A stretch of 64,000 bases of DNA from Octopus sinensis. Taxonomy: Eukaryota. Below, piece after piece: positions 11,352 through 25,805 of the stretch (the stretch's first letter is position 1; each line of letters opens with the position of its first letter). The DNA is taken from positions 38,874,001-38,938,000 of the forward strand of contig NC_043006.1 in the NCBI RefSeq assembly GCF_006345805.1, in the 5' to 3' direction. The notes beneath the pieces were generated by a model, which worked only from the letters and a program-made list of their open reading frames with translations, had not been told where the DNA came from and ran no database searches. A program made the position numbers and the translations under genes.

Positions 11352-11617
11352 CAAGGAATTACTGGCCACACCACATGTTCAATAGGAAAAATGAAAGGTC
11401 TAAAACTATATGCCCTTTATCAACACACACACATAAACACACATATACACACTTATGTTGGCAATAAAAAAGGAAGTAAAATAAACTAACAAATAAATAA
11501 ATGGGAACCCAAACCAGACTTTGTCATCAACTCAGAAAAGCTTACTTTAGAGGGGTCACATAACACAGTAAATAGAAAATTTAAATCCTTTAAAAATCTA
11601 TAAACATATCAACCCCT

Positions 11618-12022
11618 TAGCTTGCTTACTAACCACATGGTTCCAGGTTCAGTCCCACTGCGTGGAACCTTAGAAAGTGTCTTCTACTGTAGCCTCAGGC
11701 CGACCAAAGCCTTGTGAGTGGAGTTGGTAGACGGAAACTGAAAGAAGCCTGTCATATATATGCATATATATACATGCATATATATATATATATATATGTA
11801 TGTGTATGTATATGTTTGTGTGTCTGTGTTTGTCCCTCCAACATCGCTTGACAACCGATATTGGTGTGTTTACATCCCTGTAACTTAGTGGTTTGGCAAA
11901 AGAGTACAATAGAATAAGTACAAGGCTTACAAGGAATAAGTCCTGGGGTCGATTTGCTTGACTAAAAGGTGGTGTTTCAGCATGGCAAGCCAAATGACTG
12001 AAATAAGTAAAAGAGTAAAAAG
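11618..12022 (+). mobile_element. SINE family A
   Basis: Head-to-tail homology with 35153-35530. Confidence 0.85.
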
Positions 12023-13031
12023 AGTTTTCTGAACTGCTAAGTCACATGGACATAAACAATTCAACTCTAGTTATTGAATGGTAGCAGGAATGATCCTCTC
12101 TCACTACTCCATCTGACGTCTTCCTGGGTCTACCCCTTTCACAGGTACCCTCCACAGTTAGAGCTCAGCACATCTTTATGCAGCTGTCCTCATCCATTTG
12201 CATCACATGACCAAACAAGTGCAATCTTCTCTCTTGCACACAACACCTCTGTTTATTAATTTGGCTACTTTCACTTTCATAGGTTGTTCAATTTATGGTC
12301 ATTGTTTAGGACCAGGTCCAGCCCTAACCAAGTGGACTGATGATCGAAAGCATTCCAGTAGTGACCATCCTGTCTTTTTAATTAATTGGCACTAAGACAC
12401 CTCCCTCACTACTATACCCACCCCCTTGTCAAGGGGACTGCAAGTTACAGTAATACCAATGCATTAATACACATAATGTGTGTGTGTGTGTGTATGTGTG
12501 TGTGGCTGTTTGCATGCATGTGTGTGCGTGTGTGCATGTGTGCATCTGCATGTCAGTGTGTGTGCCGTATCGCTGCTTGACAATTGGTGCTAGTGTCTTT
12601 ACATTCTTGTAACTTAGCTGTCCAGCAATCGTGACCAATAGAATAAGTATGAGACTTAAAAAAAAATTACTAGGATCAATTCATTTGAGTAAAAATTTAT
12701 TAAAGCATGGCACAGTCTAATGACTGAAACAAGTAAAAGATAACAGATATCTATACACACACACACACATACATACGAGTTGGGCTTCTTCCAGTTTCCA
12801 TCTACTAAATCCACTCACAAGGCTTAGGTCAGTCCGAGGCTATAGTAGGAAACACTTGCCCAAGGTGCCACAGAATGGGACTGAACCCGGAACCATGTGG
12901 TTGGGAAGCAAGCTACTTACCACACAGCCAAGCCTATGTCCATATATATCTATATACACATACATAATATAAATATGTATATATATATATATATAATTGT
13001 GTGTGTGTGTGTGTGTATATATATTATTAAA

Positions 13032-13129
<98 letters not shown>

Positions 13130-13539
13130 TTTAGTTATTGTCAACAAATGTACTCTCCGTTAATGCCAGCTAATCTCATTAAATAAATTGCCAAGTTTCC
13201 ATTTATAACAGATTCTTTATGAAATTAATCTCTTAAAGAATTATAGTTATATTTTACAGTGTTCACTTTGATATTTTAATCTGATTCTACACAGAATTTC
13301 TTACGTCGCTCCTGACTCATCCAAAATTAATTAAATAAGTTTTGATGTTCTTTCATTATTCTAGGTAATCTCATTTTGGTAATCGTGTACAATATCGTTG
13401 AATTCTTTTAAGTTGGAGCAGTTACATTGTGCTCATTGCATGAAGTCTGTCTTTTTTTTTTGTTTTTGGTTTTTCAGAAGATGATGCACTTTAAAAGAAT
13501 TCATTTAATTGTGGTGTTCTCCTTGTTTTCCTCCTCCTG

Positions 13540-14600
13540 CTCCTCATCATCATCATAATCATCACAATCATCATCATTATCATCATCATCATTGTAATTG
13601 TCATTGTTGTCATCATCATTGCCATCATTGTCATCGTCTTCAACATGATCATGATCCTCATCATTGTCGTTGTCATCATGACCATGTGCATCGTTGTCAT
13701 TGTCATCATCCTTGTCATCATCACTGTCATCATCATCATCGTAATCATCCTTGTCATCACCGCCATCATCATTATCATCATCATTACTGTCATCATCATC
13801 ATCATCATCCTCGTCATCATCATCAGTGTCATCATCATCACCGTCATCATCCTCGTCATCATCATCAGTGTCATCATCATCAGTGTCATCATCATCATCA
13901 CCATCATCATCCTCGTCGTCGTCATCATCATCATCATCATCACTGTAACCATCATCATCATTGACATCATTCTCATCATCATCATCATCGTTGCCGTCGT
14001 CATTTAATGTTCACTTTTCAAAACCAGAAATTGGCCAGACAGAAATTGTTGCTGAAGCAGATTTTTCTGTCATCAGATGCCATTCCTGCTGCTCACCCTC
14101 ACCTGTTTCCAAGCAAAGAATTTATTTCACTTGGTGAAACACATGGTTAGACTTGTTTTCCATGTAAGGAATGGTATCCAGGTGGAGAGAACCATGCCAA
14201 AGCTGACATGGAACGCAATGCACCACAGACACTTCGCTGAATCCTGTCAAACTGTCCCACCCATGACAGCATGCAAAGCAGATGTATGATGATGATGAGG
14301 GTGGTGATGATGAGTGTGATGGTGATGATGAGGGTGATGGTGATGATGAGGGTGATGATGAGGGTGATGAAGATGATGATGGTGGTGGTGATGATAATGA
14401 TGATCAGGTGACTGATGACGAAGGTGATGATGATGATGGTGATGATGATGATGAGGGTGATGATGATGATGATGAGAGTGATTGTGATGATGATGCTGAG
14501 GGTGATGGTGACGATGATGATGTTGATGATGATGATGATAATGATGATCAGGGTGACTGATGACGAAGGTGATGATGATGATGGTGATGATGATGATAAC
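13540..14600. repeat. (CAT)n tract (13540-14005) and inverted (GAT)n tract (14285-14600) flanking RTE-tail fragments
   Basis: Visible trinucleotide tracts of opposite polarity. Confidence 0.85.
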
Positions 14601-14685
14601 GTATGTGTTTCTTTGTGTTTGTCTGCTCCCCAAACCTTCTTAACAATCGATGTTAGTTTGTTTACACTCCCATCAGTTAACATTT

Positions 14686-14910
14686 TAACCCTCTAGCATT
14701 CAGATTATTTTGTCAAAAACAATACTTATTTATTCCCATTGTTTTGAATTAATCATGCATTATCTCATAGCTTTGATATGGCAACGATGTGACTGTATAT
14801 ATGTTTAGAATGACATTATAGGATGGGCCTGAGAGGCTGGATCTGGCCAATTTGAACATAAAACAGACAGAATTTTTGGGCTAGATATGGTCAATTTAGA
14901 TGCTATAGAA
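14686..14910 (+). mobile_element. TTAA-type MITE (decayed)
   Basis: Starts TTAACCCTCTAGCATTC; ends ..GATGCTATAGAAAGG. Confidence 0.4.
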
Positions 14911-16399
14911 AGGTACCAGACTTAAAAAATAAGTCCTGAGATTGATTTCTTCAACTAAACCCGACAATAATTGTAACAAGTGAAGGATAAAAATTATAAG
15001 ATTCAGTACATTATCCTTTAACTTCATCATCATTGTTTAATGCCTGCCTTCCATGCTGGCATGGGAGGAATGGTTTGACAGGAGTTGACCAGGCAGAAGC
15101 CTGCACCAGACTTCTGCAACTGTCTTGGCAGGATTTTTACAGCTGGATGCTCTTCCTAACACCAACCACTCTGCAGAGTGGACTTAGTGCTTTTTACATG
15201 GCACAAGCACAAGCAAGGTCAGTTTTGGCAAGGGTTTTATAGCTGGATGTCCTTCCAAATGCTAATCACTTTACAATGTGGATGCTTTTTAAGTGGCGCC
15301 TGCACAGACAGGGTCACCAAGTACCATGCAAGACAAAACATTCATTTGAGAGGGAACGGGGAATTGGAGGAGGTGATCATGCATCCAGATGATGAAACGT
15401 TGATGTCAGACAGAGAGACAGAAACAGGTGTTTTGCTGTAGAGGAGATAATGAACTTCATGCCAATGGTCTATTTGAGTTACATCCCTTGGTTTATTTCA
15501 TTTTAAGTTGTTGGTAAGCAGAGAAAAATATTGTTTTCTACTCTAGGCAAAAGGCCCAAAATTTTTGTGGGGAGGGGGCTAGCCAATTAGATCGATCCCA
15601 GTATGCAACTGGTACTTAATTTATTGACCCTGAAAGGATGAAAGGCAAAGTCGACCAGAGAAAAATATTGCTTAAATAGTAATTGTCTAGCACAGCATGT
15701 CTACCATCGAAAAAACACACTTTTTTACAAGTTTATTTCCAACTTTACGTATGTCTTCTTCATCTTTAATATTTAATCTATATGTTCAAATATGAATCTG
15801 AATTTACTTTAGCATATTACTTTTTTCATTTGATTTTATGAGGAACTTCAGATTCATCAGGATTTCTTTACTTAGAGAGCGTGTTAAAAAATCCATGATT
15901 ATTAACAAGAGAATCTCAGTCAATGACGCTATAACACTTTTATGATTAATGTGCGAATGTTGGGAGAAAAATATTAAGTGTTTTATTTTCGTCAGATGTA
16001 GAGTTGCAGGCAAGAAAAAAAAAAACAGAAAAACTGGTTTGCTTGCTTGTATGTTGGATCTCATAAACATTAGGACTCAAAATAATTTGTTTTATGCTTA
16101 CATTTCCAGTGTTAAAGTTAGAGTTTATTAGCAGGTAATTTATAGCCATTTTAGTGGGAGCTAATAATAGAAGTATTATTTAGCTCCTTTCTACCCTCCA
16201 GGGTGTTGATCCATTTTAGAGGCAATCCATGAACAACCTTTATTATAACCCTTCTTTAAATATAAAGCCAATCTGTTCATGTAGCTTTTTCAATCAATTT
16301 ATTATGAGCTTTCCTAATGTATATCATGCTAGAATCATAAGTTGATATCAGTTCTTTTTCCATCTTATTCATTTAGCTTCACTTTGTGACATCAAGTAG

Positions 16400-16418
16400 T
16401 GTTTCATTTCTCTCCTTC

Positions 16419-16453
<35 letters not shown>

Positions 16454-16960
16454 CATCTCTTTTTTTTAGTAATTGTCTATAACATAAAATCTATGGAAGT
16501 TTGTCTTTGGGTATTTTTTTATTTTTATTCAACTTTGTTTTGCATCCTACCCACTCCCGTATAATGGCGGACATATTTGTCTGCTGATATATTTATTTAA
16601 ATACTACCAAATACTAGTATGGATATTTCCTTTGAGCTGCATTCTTTCACTACAGCAACAAATCTGTGTTTAATGTTTTTTAATACGTTTCAGATAACCA
16701 GTACATAATGGGCATCTCTCATTTCCCTTCCCATAATTTTGAAATCTATTCATTCTCCTGCTGTCATGCGCTTCGCCATTATTTCATCCTTAAATCTATC
16801 CATGTTTTTATATGTATCACTTCATCTGTTATAACAGCATCTACAAAGATAACTGACACATAATTTTTCTAGTGGATAATTGGTACATAATTTATTACTT
16901 TATCTAAGCTACAGCAGTGAATCTTTGATGTACAATACTAAACACACTCCGATAATTCAC
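16400..16960 (-). pseudogene. Possible highly decayed L1/Tx1-like LINE C-terminal zinc-knuckle region
   Basis: Minus translation across frameshifts gives RCPLC..ET..H.F, resembling the zf-RVT CCHC motif. There are many stops. Confidence 0.25.
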
Positions 16961-17015
16961 CATATTTCTATGCCACTAAGACTCCAATAGTACTTTTACC
17001 AAATACATATATATA

Positions 17016-17375
17016 GGCGCAGGAGTGGCTGTGTGGTAAGTAGTTTGCTTACCAGCCACATGGTTCCGTGTTCAGTCCCACTGTGTGGCACCTTGGGCAA
17101 GTGTCTTCTACTATAGCCTCAGGCCAACCAAAGCCTTGTGAGTGGATTTGATAGACGGAAACTGAAAGAAGCCTATCGTATATATATATATGTATACATG
17201 TATATATTTGTGTGTCTGTAGTCCCCACCATCGCTTGACAACCAATGTTAGTGTGTTTACATGCTCATAACTTAGCAGTTCAGCAAAAGAGACTGATAGG
17301 GTAAGTACTAAGCTTACAAAGAATAAGTTCTGGGGTCAATTTGCTCATGGCCACAGTCAAATAACTGAAACAAAA
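17016..17375 (+). mobile_element. SINE family A
   Basis: GGCGCAGGAGTGGCTGTGTGGTAAGTAG.. head through the ..CAGTCAAATAACTGAAAC tail. Confidence 0.85.
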
Positions 17376-17388
17376 GAAATATATACAA

Positions 17389-17460
<72 letters not shown>

Positions 17461-18395
17461 GAGGGAAGGAGAGCCTGGTAAGGGTGTGTGGTTAAGAAGC
17501 TCAGATTGCAATGACAGGGTTTCAAGTTCAGTCCTCCTGCATGGTACTTAGGGCAAAGGTCTTCAACTAACCAAAGCCTTGTTAGAGAATTTGGAAGGCT
17601 GAAGTTCCGTCCAGTGCATAGACATGTGTGAGGCACAACACTCCAAAGGTGCCCCCTGTTTATGAATTTGGCTACTTTCATTTTCATATGTTTGTGTAAT
17701 GTGTTGTGGGGCTGTTTAACCCCAGGTCCTGATTATGCAAACCTGGCAGTGACCATCCTATCAATTTTTTATTTTTTAATTAAGGACCATTCTGACCAAT
17801 ATGTCCTTCATTTTCCAAAATGGTAGGGTGCAATTTGAGTGTGACAACCTATGCTTAAAGGCATTCCAGTCATGACCATCCCAACTTTTTAAGTGTATCA
17901 AGGGCTGATTCAGACAAATATGTTTTTTCTAAGACAGAAGTATGATTTGAAGGAAATATGGCTTCTCATTATCACAGTAAGTTTAATGTCTATTTCGCCA
18001 TGCACACATGCATCAGATGGAATTTTTACCGAGGCAGATTTTTTTATTGTTGGCTGCCCTTCCTATCACCATCTCTCACTTGTTTTAAGGCAAGGTAATA
18101 TTCCTTATGATCAGACATGCTTTTACAGAAGACTAGAAACAAACGACGTAAACACACCAGCATCGGTTGTCAAGCGATGTTGAGGGGACAAACACAGACA
18201 CACAAACATATACACACGCACACACATATATATATATATGATGGGCTCCTTTCAGTTTCCGTCTACCAAATCCACTCACAAGGCTTTAGTCGGCCCGAGG
18301 CTATAGTAAAAGACACTTGCCCAAGGTGCCACGCAGTGGGACTGAACCTGGAACCATGTGGTTGGTAAGCAGGCTACTTACCACACAGTGTGCAG

Positions 18396-18441
<46 letters not shown>

Positions 18442-18582
18442 GCTGCTATTTCTAACAGGCTGGTTGTCCATTTAAAGATACACTTGTTGGCTCACAGCAG
18501 TAGTGGTGATAGTCTGTATTGATGTTAGTGAAGCAAAGATAGTAAATATGATTTAATGGTTAATAACTTTGGTTGAAGGAAT

Positions 18583-18635
<53 letters not shown>

Positions 18636-19026
18636 GATACATTAAAAATAAATCAAACCCCTTAGATGTGATTGTGTTGATGTTATTGTTTATGAAACCC
18701 TTTTAATAAAGCATATGCTGCCTGTGTGTTTTCAATTAATTTTTAAAATTATTGAAAATTTATGGGTGTTTAGTAAAATGACATCACCATAATTAAAATG
18801 GTGTTTAAAACAAACTTTGATCATGGTCCTGCTTGATTACGACTCAGTTGGTGAGGCTAAGCAACAACAGCGATAACGACGACAACAATAACAACAACAA
18901 CAACAACTGCAATCCAGGGGTGCTCACAAACCAACAAGGAGGTCCTTATGTAGTCTGTTGATTGGTTAGAAAGGGCAACAGTTGTGACCCAAATACTCCT
19001 GAGCACTACCCCATGTGCTTTTATTT

Positions 19027-19086
<60 letters not shown>

Positions 19087-19238
19087 TGCAGGAGTGTCCG
19101 TGTAGTAAGAAGCTTGTTTCCCAACCACAGTTCAGCAAAAGAGAGAGAAAGATTAAGTACTAGGCTTGATTCGCCCAACTAAAGGTGGTGCTCCAGCAAG
19201 GCTGCGGTCAAATGACTGAATCTAGTAAAAGAATAAAA

Positions 19239-19275
<37 letters not shown>

Positions 19276-19277
<2 letters not shown>

Positions 19278-19462
19278 ACTTATAAATAAGGGCAAACGAA
19301 AAAATTTCTAATGCCAAATATGCCAAAATTAGACACATTATCCATAACCATCATAATTTTTCACAATGCGTATTGTGAAAAATTATAATGGTTATGGACA
19401 ATGTGTCTATTTTCGGCATATTTGGCATTAGAAATTTTTCATTTGCCCTTATTTATAAGTTG
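19276..19462. mobile_element. Near-perfect 187 bp palindromic MITE
   Basis: CAACTTATAAATAAGGGCAAA...CACAAT-gcgt-ATTGTG...TTTGCCCTTATTTATAAGTTG, inserted at the end of a (TA)n run. Confidence 0.8.
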
Positions 19463-19579
19463 TTTATAAATTTAACCTTTAAAGGTATTTTTTAATATGC
19501 TGGCCATTGATAAAATTTTTTTTCAAAAATATTTTATCCTACATTAAATATAAATTTTATACACACACACACACACACA

Positions 19580-19647
<68 letters not shown>

Positions 19648-20436
19648 AGGTGCAATCCATCAGTTATGATGATGCGGGTCCCAGTTGATCCAATCAACAG
19701 AACAGCTTGCTCATGAAATTAACATGCAAGTGGCTGCGCACTCCACAGACATGCATACCCTTAACGTAGTTCTCAGGGAGATACAGCATGACCAGCCATT
19801 TTGAAATGAGGTACTACTCATTGTTGCCAGCTGAGTGGACTGGAGCAATGTGAAATAAAGAGTCTTGCTCAAGGACACAACACGCCACCAGGAATTGAAC
19901 TCATGACCTTACGATCATGAGCCAAATGCTCTAACCACTAAGCTACGCACCTTCACCCAATATATATATGCTTTTGAATCTCTTTAACAATTCACAATAA
20001 TGACTTTTATTACTTTTATTCCTACCTCAGTTCATCTAATTGTATATATCTATCGTTACTTTTCATAAAAAGTCTTTACTTTTTTGACTTCCGAAGTGCA
20101 TTTTCGCTTATTTTTCTTCTTACTTTCCCCTTACATTTCCACATGTAGTTTCTATTTTCTTTTTGTAACATATTTCTACAATATAAATATATTGGCGTTA
20201 GGAAGGGCATCCAGCTGTAGAAACACTGCCAGATCTGACTGGCCTGGTGCAGCCTTCGGGCTTGCCAGACCCCAGTTGAACCAACCCATGCTAGCATGGA
20301 AAGCGGACGTTAAACGATGATGATGATGATGATGATGATAAATGAATATATATATGACAGGTTTCTTTTAGTTTCCATCTACCAAATCCACTCACAGAGC
20401 TTTGGTCGCCCTGAGATTATAAAAGAAGACACCTGC

Positions 20437-20723
20437 CCAAGGCTATCAGATGTTGCTACACATCGCTGGTCACAATGCGCTTTGCATTGTTTTAGCCTTC
20501 AAATGACGCCACCCCGCTGGCTAAGCGAGCAAGCTAACAGAAGAATGAGTGAGAGAAAGTTGTGGTGAAAGAGTACAGCAGGGATCTCCACCACCCCCTG
20601 CCGGAGCCTTGTGGAGCTTTAGGTGCTTTCGCTCAATAAACACTCACAACGCCCGGTCTGGGAATCAAAACCGCAATCTTATGACCGCGAGTCCGCTGCC
20701 CTAACCACTGGGCCATTGCACCT

Positions 20724-20725
<2 letters not shown>
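20437..20725 (-). mobile_element. tRNA-derived SINE family D
   Basis: Minus head GGAGGTGCAATGGCCCAGTGGTTAGGGCAGCGGACTCGCGG; homologous to 60289-60590 (+). Confidence 0.8.
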
Positions 20726-20771
<46 letters not shown>

Positions 20772-21833
20772 TGTAAATAATAATAATGGTATTTTTATAT
20801 GAACTTACAGCTTATGGTGATCCCCGTGAAATGGCTAAGGAAAATAGTCTAATAAAGGGGCATATAAGCCCTCGACAGTAAAAAAGAAAGCTTTCCTGAC
20901 AGACTCCTTGCCATTTTGGTTTACCAAATTCGTGCACAAGTCTTTAGTTGGCCTAGGGCTATAAAGGAAGACATTTGCCCAAAGTATCACACAGTGGAAC
21001 TGAACCCATGACCACATGGTTGGGAAGCATGCTTTTTAATCATGCTTGCACCTATTATATGAAAAGGAATACAAAACCAGGAGAAAAAAAGGATTGTATA
21101 GCTATAGAAGAAACACCTTTGACCATAGGTTTACTCAATCCGATCTGACTCGGGGTTAAACAGCAACGATAGCAGCAGCTGCCACTGCTTCTACCACCGA
21201 CATACAATCACTGCCCAGCTGCCTCATCTAATGACGATATATCAGTGTCATTAATTATTCAAGTATTGCACTTAACACCTGTTTGGAGTTGGACAGCTAA
21301 GTAATGCATTATAAATGAGCTGCTTTATGTCCAACCACTCTGGGCCTTGGCGGGTGATGGTGGGGAGGTAGTGTTGGTGAACGAGTGGGGGGAGGGAGGA
21401 GGGCTACACGTGATGGTGGTGGTGGAGGGGTTTGTTACTGTTGTTGTTGTTATTTAGCCCCAGGTCAGCCCTGATTAAGCAGGCAGGCATCCCAGCTGTT
21501 ACTATCTGGGGTTTTCTTTTCCCCCCTACATACAGGGAACCGTTTTCTTCTCATATTTCTCTTGTAATATGCTACCTTTGTCTTTGTCTTGATTAATTTT
21601 GAAAATAATGAAGAATTTAAAACAACTCGGTCATTATTAAGCTAGAGTTTAGAAAATAAATAAACAGGAAATTTTGAGAGAAGATTTTAATTAAGATCGT
21701 TTCAAAATAAGAATTTTGTCATAGAGCCATGGATGATCTTGGGTGGGGAGGTATCAAAAGGGTTAAAAACAGTAGGGTGTGATTTGAATTAGTCTTGGCT
21801 GATATTTTTAGCAGGTTGAGTGTCTCAATAGAA

Positions 21834-22298
21834 TAGTGGTTCTCAACCGAGGTTCATATGACCCTTGTGTGTGTGTGTAGGGGGGGGGCATAGGTGGGAA
21901 GGGGTCAATCCAAGAATTTTGTCTTTAAAATTTATGTATAATAAATTGCTTATATTTCTTCAAAACACCAAATATCTTAGCAGTTTTTTATGCAATTCAT
22001 CATCATTAATGTCTGCCTTCCATGCTGGTATGGGTTGGACACTTTGACAGGAGCTGGTGAGGCAGGAACCTGTACCAGACTGTATCTGTTTTGGTAGGGT
22101 TTTTATGGCCCTTCCTAACACCAACCACCCAGCAGAGTGGACTGAGGTGTTTTTTATGTAACACAAGCACAATTCCTAATAATATTTAATTCTAAATATA
22201 TAACAGGATTTTTTACCACATCAAATGGCTATGAGGGTCCACCCAAGAAGAGTAGGTGTCAAAGGGGTCCATAGGTGAAAAATGGATGAGATCCACTG
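21834..22298 (+). mobile_element. hAT/Charlie-like MITE interrupted by an RTE-tail insertion
   Basis: Ends TAGTGGTTCTCAACC and GGATGAGATCCACTG; homologous to 63336-63684. The RTE tail sits at about 21990-22160. Confidence 0.55.
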
Positions 22299-22814
22299 AT
22301 TTAGGGGTTTGCTTGATAGCTCATAATGATTATAGCTGTCTAAGGTGATGATACTGGGGCTTGTGTATGAATGAGGTTGTTTAATCACTGGTTTCTCCTG
22401 ACTGAGCAGACCTATGATCAAATAGGATCCAGCCATGCCTGACTCCCTTATCCAACATATCCTTCTTTTATGACAGTAAAGTATGGTTTGAAAGAGATGT
22501 TGCATCTATTTCTAGCATTTTGAGCGACAATGAAGAGGATCTCTCATTGGCTTGTCATACCTGGTGTATCGTTTTTGTTTAGCACCAGGTCAGCACTGAA
22601 TAAGCAGACCTATGATAAAAAAACATTCCCTCCATGACCTTCACATCTCTTTCCTTTTCTTTATTGATTAATGAGAAGTCTAGTTATGTCAAGATTGGAA
22701 TTCAAAGTAGATTTAGCTGCTATTTTTGCAAAGCCAGATTAAGACCTATGGAGGCCCTAAGCATTTAACAGATTTTGGTCCCCCCACATATATGTAATTC
22801 AAAATATATATATT

Positions 22815-23020
22815 AATAAATCATAAAATAAATTCTTCAGTTCTATCTTTAAGAGATAAGGAATTATGTACCTTATTTACATTATTTACATTTGACAGAT
22901 ATTTGTCCTCATCTTGTTTGTTAACACAACATTTCAGCTCATATACCCTCCAACCTTCATCAGGTGTCTTAGGGAAATTTTGAACCTGGGTTCTCATTCC
23001 TAAGGAATTTTTCAATATTA
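22815..23020 (-). mobile_element. HH1 hammerhead-bearing repeat, single arm lacking the tRNA head
   Basis: Homologous to 119-300, and followed on the 5' side by an AAT-like linker only. Confidence 0.75.
22923..22968 (-). ncRNA. Best-preserved HH1 minimal hammerhead motif
   Basis: Minus: GACAC-CTGATGA-A-GGTTG-gagggtatat-GAGCT-GAAA-TG-TT-GTGTT. Helix I (GACAC/GTGTT, 5 bp with one G.U) and all core bases are present. Confidence 0.6.
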
Positions 23021-25717
23021 TTATTATATAATATATTATTATTATATATAAATTCTTATTTTTTAAAATGAGACCAAACTAGCAGAAAGATGGAAAATAA
23101 TGTTTATTTTTGCATACTTTTACTTTATTTATATTTGAAAAAATTTACTTCTTCTTTTTTTAATTGCAAAGTTTTTGATTAGATTCTCGCTATGACACCA
23201 TAAATACTTCAAAATTATATTTCCAGTCATATAAACAACTATGAATATCATTTCAGCAAGTGTAAAGTGATTTCTTTTGTATTGTAAACCATTTACCATT
23301 TCTGTGGTGCCCCACTTCCCTTGATGTTGAAAGCACATGCTTATTTTGGCCCACTGAGCCACCATATAATCTCACCCATATTGTCAACATCAAATTTTCT
23401 ACCAAATTCACTGGCAAGGATTTGGTTAGACTGGAGACTCCCTTTGGTCGCGAATGACCATGGGATTACACCTAGAAAGTTACCCTCCAAGGTACAAATC
23501 CGGGCAAGGTTGTTTATGGAAGACCAACAGTCACCCATGCATACCAGCCTTTCCTCTCCATACCATTAGTGTTACCCAAGGGAAATGGCAAAGGCTGATA
23601 CAGCTTGGCACCAGTGATGTCGCAACTCATTTCTACAGCTGAGTGAATTGGAGCAATGTGAAATAAAGTGTCTTGCTCAAAAACACAACATGCAGCCTGG
23701 TCCGGGATTTGAACTCACAACCTCACGGTCGTAAGATCGATGCTCTAACCACTGAGCCATGCGCCTTCACTTGTCCAATGGTTAGTCCAATGTTATAATA
23801 AGAGCAAATGACACTTGCCCAAGGTACCACACAGTAGGACTGAACTCAAGTGGTTTAGAAGCAAGATTCTCACTGTAGACTTAAAAACACAAATAAATAA
23901 AACAAGAAACATGGGCTAATGCATTCCAGGATATACAAGATGGAAAGAGTAGGTTTGTGGAGGGGTAACTGAAAACCACAACAACAACAAGTTGAGAAGA
24001 ACATTGGGTTTATTTCAAGGTTTATTGCGGCATTGTGTTTCATTGAATTTAGTTCCTTATTGGGAATTATTAGCAGAACAATGGCAGGAATTACTGATAA
24101 ACAAACAACAAAACACGCAATTGCAAGATATTTAACTTATTATAGAATGAGAATTAAACAGAAAGATTTATGTTTAAGACAATGAAACCTCAACTTTGTT
24201 TGTTTGTTTGTTTGGCTTGTTGGTTTGTTGGTTGGATGGCTGGCTTGCTTTGTCTCTGTGTGTTTACCTCCCCGCCCCTCACATCCATTCCTCTCTCTTT
24301 TGCTCTCATTGATTTATTCGGACTCCCTTGTTTCTCTTATGTTTGCGAATAACATATACAAAATACTTACATGAACTTATATGTTTATACACAGATCTAC
24401 AGATATACATACATTCATATATACAAACCTACTTAAACACACACACACATATAAACATGTTTGTGTATATATCCATATACACACATATATATATTTACAC
24501 ATACACACACAAACACACACACATACATACAAGGGTATTATATATACATAAATACAAACACACATACACAAACATGTGTGTGTACATATCCATACACATA
24601 TGTCTATACATATTTACACATACACACACACACACACGTGCACTCACACATATATAAGGGTATTATATATATACATAAACACAAGGAAACACATACACAC
24701 ACACATTTTTTTGTGTATGTGCATGTATGTGTTTTCTCATGTGTATATATGTGTGTGTGTGTGTATGTGTGTGTGAGATGCTCTTGAGTATACCCAGGGA
24801 AATTTATACATATCTATTTTTATGTGTCTTCCTACAAATAAATTTGGAGTGACATATGAAATAGATATACGAACAGAAAGTTTTAGACAAAGTCGAGTTG
24901 ATAACCTGATGGCCGGTTAACAACCACAAAACTTACAGACATGAAATAAAGTTCTCGATTTAACAACAGACAATTCAGTTTCAATTCCAAGTTAGTCTAT
25001 CTTTTATTTCTTATTTCTATCTTTTACTTGCTTCAGTCATTAGCCCCTGGCCATGCTGGGGCACCGCTTTGAAGAATGAATTGACCCCAACATTTTTTGT
25101 TTTATGAGCCTGGTATTTATTGTTCCTTTGTTTTTTTTTTTGGTTGAATTGCTAAGTTACAGGGATGCAAACAAACCACTACCTGCTGTCAATTGATGGT
25201 GGGTGACACAGACACATGCACTGACAAACTTGACACATAAACACATGCATACATACATACGATGAGTTTTCATCAGTTTCTCTCAGTTTCTATGATCCTT
25301 TACAACAATACACTCACAAACACATGTGTGTGTGCACACATATAGACACACATGCGCATGCACACACGTGCACACACAGAAACACACACTAGGATTTATA
25401 TGCATGTCAACGAACCAATAATACTTTTAATCAATAGTCTATTAATAGATTATTTGCATTGATTATGGACAAGTAATGAGTTTGAAGTTGTGATGGTCAT
25501 GCCTTTCCCTTGCAAAAGACATAGATGTTTCTCCAATTTTTATTTCATATTTTGCATAAGCGGCAAGAATTCCCAAGAAATTATTGTCTCTGCTTTTCAC
25601 ATTTTAATGGAAATTTCCTCTATAGATACAGGTGCCGTTTTGTGTGTGTGTGTGTGTGTGTGTAGCTGAAAAGGTTGCTTCCTCTGGGCCAACCGAGTGT
25701 ATATATATGTGTCTCAA

Positions 25718-25805
25718 CATTATTTACATTTGAGGGATATTTTGTCCTCATCTTGTTTGTCGTTAACCCTCCAGCTTTCTTCAGGTGTCTTGGGGAAATT
25801 TCGAG
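25718..25805 (-). mobile_element. Internally deleted HH1 fragment
   Basis: ..CCAAGACACCTGAAGAAAGCTGGAGGG joined directly to TTAACGACAAACAAGATGAGGACAAA; the GAAA half of the motif is deleted. Confidence 0.65.

Noticed and set aside
12340-12365. CTGATGA-TC-GAAA, and other bare CTGANGA hits (about 5543, 10424 minus, 26188)
   Set aside because: No helix II or helix I can form; these are chance matches or parts of other repeats.
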